The notes beneath the pieces were generated by a model. That model saw only the letters and a list, made by a program, of their open reading frames with translations, did not search any database and was not told where the DNA came from. This document shows, piece after piece, positions 39,239 to 48,310 of a stretch of 64,000 nucleotides of DNA. This DNA is from Candidatus Colwellbacteria bacterium. Lineage in GTDB: Bacteria; Patescibacteriota; Minisyncoccia; UBA6257; Colwellbacteraceae. The position numbers and the translations under genes are program-made. Each line of letters opens with the position of its first letter. Position 1 is the first letter of the stretch. The stretch covers positions 73,031-137,030 of the forward strand of contig JAQTUL010000001.1 in the NCBI GenBank assembly GCA_028710275.1, given 5' to 3'.

Positions 39239-42200
39239 TCACTTTATTTCACCAATAATTCTCACGGCGCGTTCGATTTCCAACACTCTATTTGGGAATG
39301 TTATTCCGGAATCTCTTACGTACTTACTCTTCAATCCTGATTCGTCATCTGCAAAAAACATATGTAATATCTCGTCTTCTGATGGAGAAAGAACGCCCGA
39401 CATATCGGAACCCTCTAGTGTCCTCTGTACGTAACGAAGTGATTTGTCTTCTGTCTGATAGTTCAGATTCATGAGATTCTTCTCATACTTAATCTTACCA
39501 GTGATAGCATCAACTCTTTCTGCCGCGGAGTACCATGTATCAACCTGTGTTCTGATGCTATCTTTAACTATAAGGTTATCTACCTCCTCCAGTTTGGACA
39601 GATACTGTTCTTTTATAGTATTTTTTTCTCTTCCATCTCTAGATTTATTTATCTGTACTCTAATCCAATCGATCCCTTGTGTGATACCTCCAAGTCCTAT
39701 CGACCCGAATATACTACCTACCATATTTGCCACATAATTAGATATAGTTGAAGACCATGTTTCAGTTACAGTTGGTTCTCCACGGGCTTTAATATCGGTA
39801 AAAACGTTTCCATTATTCTTGTTGTAGTCCTCTGTCATCTGGTGAAGCTTTTCATATTGTTTAGTCTCCTCTTCGAAGAGAGAATCTTTCTTCGTTAACA
39901 GTTCACTCTCTCTTTTCAGATATTCTTTAAAATTACTTCTCAAGAGAATTCCTGTTATGTAATCCATGTGATACGTCTTTTTCGATAACAGATACAATAC
40001 ATGTGGATTACTCCAATCTAAATCCTTACCCTTCAAATGTTCGTCAAACATTCTTCCCGAATTCATAACCGTACTGCTCTGTTTCATAACAGTATGTAGT
40101 AGATTTACAGATTTACTACTCATTTCGAACTTCGATAATCGACTTCGGTATTCAGGTGTAATCCACATCAGCATCAAGTTATTAGCTATAATAGTTTTCT
40201 TGTCTTGGGTAGTTCCCTCAATTCCGAGATTGGAGATTTTTTGATAGATATCATCTGTGATACTATCGATCTCCTTGATCACCTCCTCTGGAATAGATGT
40301 TACAAAAGCATTACGATTCAGACATGAACTTTGAGGGGGATCCGGACAGTCGTATTGAACCAGTCCAAAAGCATCTGATAGAACCTTTACACCAGTCATC
40401 AGATTTATAACCTTATCAAATGACTGTATCTCTTGAAGTTCCTCTCCTGAGTAGCTAGATGGAAATGAACTATCATCACCGAAAGCTTTCTCATAGATAA
40501 TATCATAATCATAGTCTGTTGTTGTATCGATTCCGATATCGAAGTCAATCTGCCTATCTATCTCCTTTACACGTTCGAACCCAACACTCTTCTTCAAACT
40601 CGAGAAAGCCTGTACAAATCTCTTATCCTCTTCTGTTACTGGTTTCATCTCGGGAACGAGAACCTGGATATGTTTGATCTCCGATGTAACTAGAGTATCA
40701 ACTGTAGATAGTGTACGTAACTCCTGATCACGAAGATTTTGTATCTCTTGTAACCCTTTAATATCTCGGGGGTTATTCTCCTTCAGACTCTCCTCCATAG
40801 TCTTCAATTCCTGTAGACGACGAATACCCTCCCTCTTTTTAGTCATACCGTATCCGACAATATTTCGCATTCCCTTTCGAATCTGTTCGACTGTGTAGTT
40901 TTCAAACTTATCGTAAATACCGGATAGCCATCCACGACTTTCACTACTCTCAACAACAACCTTCTTTTCACCAGTTAATCGATACTCTTCAAGAAGTCGA
41001 TCGATCTCTGGATCCAGAGATCCATATCCTCCTTCACCGGTTTTAACCTTTTCAATGATCGATGGATCGACTAGATATCGAGTTGTTGGGATATCTTTGA
41101 GAAACAGATCCTGTGTCTTTTTAATCGATGATAACCTCTTATTCGATTGATAGAATGAATCGATATCACTTCCACCCAGAGCCATTTCCAAACTCTGTTG
41201 TCTGATCACTATTTCGTTTATCGCCTGCATGTATTCAATATGATCATGTAACCCTTCATCCTTGTTGAATCGTTGAACAACATCGGTATACATAGTATTG
41301 AGATTCTCTAGTTTCTCAGATGCGTTGTCCGGAAGATTAGCGAGAATATTTTTGGAACTGGCCTCCAAGATAGCGATATTCTCTGTGTACTCCTTCATCC
41401 GATTATGAACGATATTATATTGCGTTCTCGCATCGGATTCAAGTGCGGCGAGTGCTGTCGGATCAGCTCGGTTGATAAAGGGGATGAACTTGTTTATCAC
41501 AATACTCGCTGTCTGCATTTTTGCATTCTCGTTGACCATCTCGGTGGTGGGATTATCCCATAGTCTTTCGTTCTTCTCGTAGTATTTCTGAATAAAGTCT
41601 ATCTGAGAGACTTTCGATTGTGACAGTTCAATCTTGTTGACTACATCATCTAATGCTTTCGAAGCAATCCTCAGATTGTTCTCCATTGTTACTCTCTGGA
41701 GAATTAATTCTCTCTGTTTTTCGAGTAACTCACCTACCGGATTCACTTTACTCATTTTTGAATTGAGAGAGACGAGTTTGAGACGAATCTCCTCCTTGTT
41801 ATCAAACAAATCCCCTTTCTCGTCGTTAAAGAGTTTCTGATTTGCAATCTCTATCGCCCGATTTCTGATGTCCATCTCTTTTCGTTCATCAATGACTTTC
41901 CTGATCTTCTCTTTGTCTAATTTCACCCCCTTGTATGAATTGGATTCTGATTCGAGCGTCATTATCGTATCGACATTAGACAAGACATCTATCATCGATG
42001 AGCTCATTGCTTGACTGAAATACTCATCCATCACTAAACGATTCGATAACCATGTGAAGTTACTATCGTATATAAAACTTTTTCGTCCATAGTTAACCTC
42101 AACCCATTCGATCATTCCACCAGCTACCTTATTTTTCATTCGGTTTACACTCTGATCGATCCATTCCACAATCAGATTAGATGAGAGATAATGATATGTA

Positions 42201-44245
42201 TAGAGAATATTCTTAGCTGCGCGTTTAGAAAGCCATCTACCACTCATCTTACCGGCTTTAGTATCTATCTCTCTGTACTTCTCAACCGTTTTCGGATCTT
42301 TGGCGTGATTTAACATATTGTCCCACAGACTATTGAGAAGAACAGTTCCCGCTCCAAATCCTATGACTCCGTAGACTATCGAGGTTTTGGCTAGATCTAG
42401 ATACTGATCTAGACTTGTTATCTGTCCTGATCGTCCGGAATACATAGCTAAGAGAGTCGGTGCAATAACCGATAGATACATCTGAGTGTGAGATTTGAGA
42501 AAATTAGTGGTCTTTGATGTCATCCAATTAACAGGAATACCCAAGAAGAATTTAGCTATCTTCTTATCCTGATACAAATTCAGAAGAATCTTCTTTGCAA
42601 ACTCATAAGCTGAGAGATCCTTGGTTGTCATCTTAATATAGTTCAGCATAGTTACCAGAACAGTTTCCATTCCTCCAAAGACTGAAATATTCTTTATTAT
42701 CGTTTGATGTATCTTGTCCCATGACAGAGGAGTGACTTCGGTTAATCGATCAACCATCGATATAAGTGTCTCTTTCGATGGTAAACCGTAACCTGTTTCC
42801 GACATATCCTTGTTTATAAAGAGACTGAAAAATTCTCTAAAGTACGGCATGACATTGATAAAGGAATTATAACATGCGACCATACAGAAGATTCCCGGTA
42901 TAGCATAAACTCCAAACTTCCAAACTATGTTACAAGTGTTGGCTACTCTCTTAACTATAGCCAATGGAATGGTTACTGGGTTGAGATATTTCAAAGGTCC
43001 TTCATTCAGGTATTTTAACGGTCCTATTGGAACAGAGGAAATCTTTGTGTAGATAGTAGTAAAGACACACTCCGGAAGATTTGCAATCCAATCTAGAGGA
43101 AGCATGACCTTTGATAGAATTCTGGAAATGGTCAGGGCTTCTTTTGTTGGCTCCATAAGATTTTTTATTGTCTCTCTATCCATACCCTGACCATAAGTTT
43201 TTGCTAGATCATCCGCTCTATGCTTAGAGAGTCTCGGATCGATAAACATCATTGTGACATCAAACACAAGACTAGCTGAAACTACAAATCCTCTACCGAG
43301 ACTGAGATGTGTTGCTGCCATATCTTTCACACAATCCATACATCCGATGAGAGGACTCTTCCACAGCGTATACATAATATTATCCCATGTGGTTTCACCT
43401 GAATCCTCTTTTATATTTTGATATGTGTCGTAAGCACTAAACATCATATAAATCGGAAGTGATCCTAATATCGCGCTTCCTCCAGAAAGTCCCATCGATG
43501 TAATGGTTGCTGAGACTACCCAGGTCTTTGCCGATTTGTATACAACACCCCCCATTGTGAAGTGGAAGAATTTGTACATGGAATTAACGTTGTTAAAATA
43601 CGATAGTGCCGAAGAGTTCTGATTGTAGAGAACTGAGTTACCCACATCATTAAAAAACTTTCTAAGTGTTCGAGTCTTCTTGTTAACAAAGATAGCCGAT
43701 GATTTCATTAGTATTTTAGTATCACCCTTTTGGATAAGATCGTTTATTTTTTTCTCCTCTGCATACTGATCATTATCTGCTTTGACCGCTCGGTTAAAAG
43801 ACCTGCGGAAGAACTCAATCTTATCATTAGAATCCTTTAATGTTGAGACGATTGTTGAGGCTAATTCCGGTTGAACAAATCTGTAGTCCCGAAGACGATT
43901 GATATCCGGTGTGTAAGTGTATCTGTTTGTGTTTAGAAAATCCTTCATCTCTCTTTTTGTTGTGATATCTAATAACTCCGGATAGATTCTCTCTTTACGG
44001 GTGAAAGCTTTAGTTGCCCATCCAAATACAGAAAACGATTTATTTACAGGAACTATATCCTTCTCTATCTCTCTTAGTTTCTCCTCTACTTTATTCATGA
44101 TAGAAATACTCTTGATTGTTGATGTCTCTTCAACAAAGGTACTCTCTCTAATAAAAGATAAGACATCATCTCCTCCTATTGAGGAAAGGAGAACCGATTT
44201 CTTTTTATCGGAAGACGAACTTTCAGTAATGGTCCCTGACGACAT
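39239..44245 (-). CDS. Very large (1668 aa) membrane-associated protein with a coiled-coil C-terminal half
   Basis: Several hydrophobic helices in the 230-700 region, followed by long heptad-rich segments. No catalytic motif. Confidence 0.5.
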   Translation of the reverse strand: MSSGTITESSSSDKKKSVLLSSIGGDDVLSFIRESTFVEETSTIKSISIMNKVEEKLREIEKDIVPVNKSFSVFGWATKAFTRKERIYPELLDITTKREMKDFLNTNRYTYTPDINRLRDYRFVQPELASTIVSTLKDSNDKIEFFRRSFNRAVKADNDQYAEEKKINDLIQKGDTKILMKSSAIFVNKKTRTLRKFFNDVGNSVLYNQNSSALSYFNNVNSMYKFFHFTMGGVVYKSAKTWVVSATITSMGLSGGSAILGSLPIYMMFSAYDTYQNIKEDSGETTWDNIMYTLWKSPLIGCMDCVKDMAATHLSLGRGFVVSASLVFDVTMMFIDPRLSKHRADDLAKTYGQGMDRETIKNLMEPTKEALTISRILSKVMLPLDWIANLPECVFTTIYTKISSVPIGPLKYLNEGPLKYLNPVTIPLAIVKRVANTCNIVWKFGVYAIPGIFCMVACYNSFINVMPYFREFFSLFINKDMSETGYGLPSKETLISMVDRLTEVTPLSWDKIHQTIIKNISVFGGMETVLVTMLNYIKMTTKDLSAYEFAKKILLNLYQDKKIAKFFLGIPVNWMTSKTTNFLKSHTQMYLSVIAPTLLAMYSGRSGQITSLDQYLDLAKTSIVYGVIGFGAGTVLLNSLWDNMLNHAKDPKTVEKYREIDTKAGKMSGRWLSKRAAKNILYTYHYLSSNLIVEWIDQSVNRMKNKVAGGMIEWVEVNYGRKSFIYDSNFTWLSNRLVMDEYFSQAMSSSMIDVLSNVDTIMTLESESNSYKGVKLDKEKIRKVIDERKEMDIRNRAIEIANQKLFNDEKGDLFDNKEEIRLKLVSLNSKMSKVNPVGELLEKQRELILQRVTMENNLRIASKALDDVVNKIELSQSKVSQIDFIQKYYEKNERLWDNPTTEMVNENAKMQTASIVINKFIPFINRADPTALAALESDARTQYNIVHNRMKEYTENIAILEASSKNILANLPDNASEKLENLNTMYTDVVQRFNKDEGLHDHIEYMQAINEIVIRQQSLEMALGGSDIDSFYQSNKRLSSIKKTQDLFLKDIPTTRYLVDPSIIEKVKTGEGGYGSLDPEIDRLLEEYRLTGEKKVVVESSESRGWLSGIYDKFENYTVEQIRKGMRNIVGYGMTKKREGIRRLQELKTMEESLKENNPRDIKGLQEIQNLRDQELRTLSTVDTLVTSEIKHIQVLVPEMKPVTEEDKRFVQAFSSLKKSVGFERVKEIDRQIDFDIGIDTTTDYDYDIIYEKAFGDDSSFPSSYSGEELQEIQSFDKVINLMTGVKVLSDAFGLVQYDCPDPPQSSCLNRNAFVTSIPEEVIKEIDSITDDIYQKISNLGIEGTTQDKKTIIANNLMLMWITPEYRSRLSKFEMSSKSVNLLHTVMKQSSTVMNSGRMFDEHLKGKDLDWSNPHVLYLLSKKTYHMDYITGILLRSNFKEYLKRESELLTKKDSLFEEETKQYEKLHQMTEDYNKNNGNVFTDIKARGEPTVTETWSSTISNYVANMVGSIFGSIGLGGITQGIDWIRVQINKSRDGREKNTIKEQYLSKLEEVDNLIVKDSIRTQVDTWYSAAERVDAITGKIKYEKNLMNLNYQTEDKSLRYVQRTLEGSDMSGVLSPSEDEILHMFFADDESGLKSKYVRDSGITFPNRVLEIERAVRIIGEIK

Positions 44246-44247
44246 CT

Positions 44248-44269
44248 ATTGTATAATTAATTATACAAT
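44248..44269. promoter_or_regulatory. Perfect 22-bp palindrome 'attgtataattaattatacaat' between genes
   Basis: Read directly. It sits 2 nt upstream of the 1668-aa gene start and 140 nt 3' of the gene 44409..44822. Confidence 0.4.
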
Positions 44270-44408
44270 AGATTAAATAGTAATTCACTCAGAAGTATCG
44301 TTGGGATATTCAATTTCGACCAACCATCGAATGAATGAACCCATCGGACCGCTTGACGAATTTTGATTACACCAAGTACAGTAATCACTCTCGTTCTCCA
44401 ACATAAAC

Positions 44409-44822
44409 CTATAAATTTTTCCATTGTGTTTTCCAAAAGATTATTTCTCCACGACAAATACTACAATAGTTATCCAGTCTGTTGTTATGAGGACTACCGC
44501 ATAATGAACAACTTTTAGATGTATCCACTCCCAAATATTTTTTGATACAACAGTTTCCTGTTACGACAATAACACCCGTAATCTTATTTTTGATATAACA
44601 ATTCTCAGTTATTTCCTTGCTACAAATACAGGTTGTCTTATGAGAAGGAGCATTTTCATCTTTAAACTCCGTGACGAACTTAGATTTATGATACCCTGTA
44701 TCTCCTCCGATATAAATCCATTGTTTTTTGAAGTCATGTTCACTCAAATTATAGAGTGCTTCATTGAATCTTTTCGCATATCCCACTTCGTTATCATCCA
44801 CAAACTTCAAATCGGTCGACAT
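44409..44822 (-). CDS. Hypothetical Cys-rich protein
   Basis: 137 aa with CxC and CxxC pairs. Confidence 0.4.
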   Translation of the reverse strand: MSTDLKFVDDNEVGYAKRFNEALYNLSEHDFKKQWIYIGGDTGYHKSKFVTEFKDENAPSHKTTCICSKEITENCYIKNKITGVIVVTGNCCIKKYLGVDTSKSCSLCGSPHNNRLDNYCSICRGEIIFWKTQWKNL

Positions 44823-44890
44823 GTTTGATGACCCATTTTATCGTTAACATACAATCATTTTTAATATTGTTTATTAACATTATAGACAAT

Positions 44891-45301
44891 ATGAGTATAT
44901 CTCTTGATCAGAAGGCATGGGAATCGCTTCCGAAAACAAATCCTAATTTTTACAAAGTCCATTCACAAACGGATATCATGGCTGATCTGTTTGAGATCGT
45001 TGAACGTGATACACCCTTCTACAGATTCCCATCACATGAAGGTGGATATAACGAGAAGGAGAGAGATATTATCAAAGATTGGTTCATGTCTGTTATTGAA
45101 GGAAAAGATTATTCTGCGAACGTAAAGGGGATGTTCGACTGTTTCATGGATAGACTACAAGTTAAACGAAATCTCAAACTCTTACAAACATACAAAGCTA
45201 AGATCTACTCCAAACTTAAAGAGCATCAGACTCTCGATCGGGAGGTGAGTCTGTTAGCCTCTAAATCTGAGACTAATTTGGAAGAGATTCGTGAGTTTTG
45301 A
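44891..45301 (+). CDS. Hypothetical protein (start taken at the internal ATG at 44891)
   Basis: Begins 'MSISLDQKAWESL...'. The upstream part of the track ORF is hydrophobic junk that overlaps the neighbouring gene's start. Confidence 0.4.
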   Translation: MSISLDQKAWESLPKTNPNFYKVHSQTDIMADLFEIVERDTPFYRFPSHEGGYNEKERDIIKDWFMSVIEGKDYSANVKGMFDCFMDRLQVKRNLKLLQTYKAKIYSKLKEHQTLDREVSLLASKSETNLEEIREF

Positions 45302-45329
45302 ATTTAAGAGTTTATTTGTGACTGATCCG

Positions 45330-45420
45330 GTAGTTTCGCAAATTCCGTGAAATTTCACGACTAAACCGGAAATTCCACGACTAAACCGGAAATTTCGCGG
45401 AATTCCGCGAAATTTGCGAA
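45330..45420. repeat. Repeat array 'tttcgcaaattccgtgaaatttcacgac / taaaccggaaattccacgac x2' ending in a perfect 26-bp palindrome 'aaatttcgcggaattccgcgaaattt' (45390..45415)
   Basis: Read directly. Located immediately 3' of the C2H2 paralog 45432..46325. Confidence 0.65.
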
Positions 45421-45431
45421 ACGATAAAAAT

Positions 45432-46325
45432 CTATTTGAGAGTCTCCTCGATAATCTTTTTTCTGAAAACATTATTGTCCTTGGTGAGTCGTTTTATCTC
45501 GACATAACATTTATCGGCTCTTTGTTCTTTAATATCATCGGACGATGTTTTATCATCATCTTCACTACCGTTATCATCACTTCCGTCATCACTACCGTTG
45601 TCGTCGTCGCTTCCATTATCCTTAAATTTATAAATATTATCATAGTGTTCCTGGTTACGGTTTTTGATAGCGTCGGATACCATTTGTGTTATTCTCTTTG
45701 CTTTCGGATCGATAATAACATCTTTTGAGTCATCTTTATATTTTAACACCTCTCGAGATTTATCAGACACGATCCATGGGACCTCTCCGTTATGGGAATT
45801 TTTGACAAAATCAAGAAAAAATTTAGCAGCTCCTATTTGTCCTTGAAGAAAAAGAGTTTCATCGAAATTATCCGCGGCAGCTTGGGTCAGCTGTTCGAGA
45901 GTCGTATTGAATTGTGGTATATTAATTGTATTGGTTGTCGTTGTATTCTTTGGTTGTAAAGCAATCTTCTCAACACAGTCTTCCGCTTTAGTGTGTAGTT
46001 TCTCGAATATCTCACACCGTTTAATTTCTCCTTCAAGTTTCGTATTCAATATTGATATTTCATTTCTGAGTCTGTTTATCTCGGCATCTTTTTCCTTGAT
46101 AATTTGGTGTAGAGAATCTTTGTTATTTTTACATACGGCTTCGTGTCTGGTTTTATCATTAAGTCTCGTAAAATATTTGTCACAGAATTGACATGATATT
46201 TTAATAGGCTCTACAATAACGTTCAATTTCTTTTGGATTTCTATACAATAGTTCGCTCGTTTTTGATGCGAAATTAAAGCACTTGACGAAGAAAATGTAT
46301 TATCGCAATACCCACATCTATTCAT
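45432..46325 (-). CDS. C2H2 zinc-finger / coiled-coil protein (paralog of 16542..17390) with Asp/Ser-rich tail
   Basis: 'CGYCDNTFSSSSALISHQK' and 'CQFCDKYFTRLNDKTRHEAVC', then a coiled coil and a conserved C-terminal domain shared with its paralog. Confidence 0.65.
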   Translation of the reverse strand: MNRCGYCDNTFSSSSALISHQKRANYCIEIQKKLNVIVEPIKISCQFCDKYFTRLNDKTRHEAVCKNNKDSLHQIIKEKDAEINRLRNEISILNTKLEGEIKRCEIFEKLHTKAEDCVEKIALQPKNTTTTNTINIPQFNTTLEQLTQAAADNFDETLFLQGQIGAAKFFLDFVKNSHNGEVPWIVSDKSREVLKYKDDSKDVIIDPKAKRITQMVSDAIKNRNQEHYDNIYKFKDNGSDDDNGSDDGSDDNGSEDDDKTSSDDIKEQRADKCYVEIKRLTKDNNVFRKKIIEETLK

Positions 46326-46345
46326 TTTATATTCGTAAGTTACTC

Positions 46346-46432
46346 CTCTTTAAGGCCATTCCGCGAATTTCGCAAAATTCCGTGAGATTCCGTGAGATTT
46401 CGCAAAATTCCGTGAGATTCCGTGAACTATAA
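46346..46432. repeat. Two tandem 30-bp direct repeats 'atttcgcaaaattccgtgagattccgtgag', immediately 5' of the C2H2 paralog
   Basis: Read directly. It shares the motif 'tttcgcaaa(a)ttccgtga' with the 45330-45420 array on the other side of the gene. Confidence 0.65.
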
Positions 46433-46722
46433 GAATTTATTCCACCCATAATGTAACAGTTAAACTAAATGATTCACATTACCCAATAATAAGAGTAATA
46501 TTAGTTTACTTTTTCTCTGAAAATCTGTTTAAAATTTTCAGAGACGATCGACAAAAAACTCCTTCTGAAACCTATATTCGATCACCCCCATAAACAAGGA
46601 GATTCTATTTTTTTGCGGTGTGTCTTTCAGAGATACTACCCTTTTCCAATTCTAAAACTATTCTATAATATAATTCTCTACACACAGATATTTGTGTGTA
46701 GAGCCTATATTTCTGAAAGAAT

Positions 46723-48210
46723 CTATTCCTGTACCATCGGAATACTCAATCGTCCTCCGAACTCTGCGCATTTTTTCAATTCCTCTACTCCGATAACACC
46801 TTTCCCGAGGCATTCATGACGGTCGACATGACAATCGAATTCGCGAGCGCTATCGTTGTAGTGGATAAGTCTCGGAACAACTCCCTTCTCCTCAAGCCCG
46901 CTAAGATATTTACTCGGAAGAATTCCTGTACTCCATACATGGCAGGTATCAACACATACACCGAAACGTTTGTCATCTATCTCCCTGATGAATGAACTGA
47001 ACTCATCAAGAGTGGTTAGTGTCTCAGTTCCTTGTCCAGCCGGTGTTTCCAGCAGTAGAGGACATTCCTCTGTCGCGTACTCTAGACATTTGAGAATGTT
47101 CAGTTTCATAATCTCCAGCGCCTTCTTCTCGGTATTTCCTGTATACTTTCCTACATGAACGACAGTCCCTCTTGCTCCTATAGATTTGGAGTATGTCAGA
47201 TATTTCTGTAGACATTGCAATCCCTTATCGTTGTCCTCTTCATCAGTACAGAGATTGATAAGATACGGTGAATGGATGAAGAGAGGGATCTCTTTTTCGA
47301 GAACAGATTCGAGCATAGATGCTAAATCCCCATCGTCTAGAGAGATAGAATAGCTCTGATTTGATCCCAGGAATATCTGAGCAGGAACTCCTGGATACAG
47401 AATACTTGATGTACCCTTAACTCCGTCGACGAGAGCAACATGACTACCGATGTTGTATTGCCTCTTTACATTCCACATCAACTTCATATTCATGTCCTGT
47501 ATAAGTTTCACATCTCTCATCTCCAGGAGAAGTTCACGAAACTGTTTTCGGGTATCCCATCCGGAGATATCAAATGAGTGAACACATTTATGAAGGGGAA
47601 GTACTAGATGAAGTCGAGTATGAGTATCGGATAGACAACCATAACAGAAGAGTTGAAGGATAAAGTACAACCAACTCTTCTTGAGTTGTGTAGAGGTCTT
47701 GATCTCGAAGATTCCGGACTCTGTAACAATATCCGGATGACCTTGAACACCCTCACCGATGAACTCCACATCATACAATGGCATTTCACTCTCTTCGAAA
47801 GTCGGAACAATCTCCTCATCATCTGAATCCTCAAAGATAATCGGAACAAACTGTGAAATTTCCTTCTTGATCCAGACATTCTCAAGGCATCGACGAGTCT
47901 CCTCTATCTTCTGAACATAGTCGGTTGTCGTTTTCGACTCCTTTACCTTCTTTGGAATTTCACTCTTCATCAGTTTACAGATACTCTCTGTGGTCGGTTC
48001 AGAGAGCTTTAACATCTCTTCGGTAAGTAGACCTAAGATCGATGCTGAATTCTCTTTGGGTAGAATTTTTTTAAGAGCTGCCGGAAACACCGTCTTCATA
48101 TTTGCGAGATCCTTTGGAGCATTTCTAGCTTCCTTCGGGAGAAGTTTTTTGAATCGTTCCCGATTCTGTCTATTGAGACTATCTAGGATCTCACGTACGC
48201 GAATGCTCAT
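46723..48210 (-). CDS. nfo: AP endonuclease, endonuclease IV (Nfo) family, with an about 250-aa N-terminal extension that has a PD-(D/E)xK-like motif
   Basis: Nfo motifs 'HSPYLINL', 'VVHVGK', 'LLETPAGQGT', 'GVCVDTCHV', 'HYNDSAREFDCHVDRHECLGKG'. The N-terminal part has 'GHPDIVTESGIFEIKTST'. Confidence 0.8.
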   Translation of the reverse strand: MSIRVREILDSLNRQNRERFKKLLPKEARNAPKDLANMKTVFPAALKKILPKENSASILGLLTEEMLKLSEPTTESICKLMKSEIPKKVKESKTTTDYVQKIEETRRCLENVWIKKEISQFVPIIFEDSDDEEIVPTFEESEMPLYDVEFIGEGVQGHPDIVTESGIFEIKTSTQLKKSWLYFILQLFCYGCLSDTHTRLHLVLPLHKCVHSFDISGWDTRKQFRELLLEMRDVKLIQDMNMKLMWNVKRQYNIGSHVALVDGVKGTSSILYPGVPAQIFLGSNQSYSISLDDGDLASMLESVLEKEIPLFIHSPYLINLCTDEEDNDKGLQCLQKYLTYSKSIGARGTVVHVGKYTGNTEKKALEIMKLNILKCLEYATEECPLLLETPAGQGTETLTTLDEFSSFIREIDDKRFGVCVDTCHVWSTGILPSKYLSGLEEKGVVPRLIHYNDSAREFDCHVDRHECLGKGVIGVEELKKCAEFGGRLSIPMVQE

Positions 48211-48310
48211 CGTGAGAAGGTTATCTTTATAAGAATCTCTTTCTTATAAAGTCATTTTTAGAGACACTAAAGTTTGAGTATCTAAAAATTAGCTAGCTAT
48301 TATTTAACAT

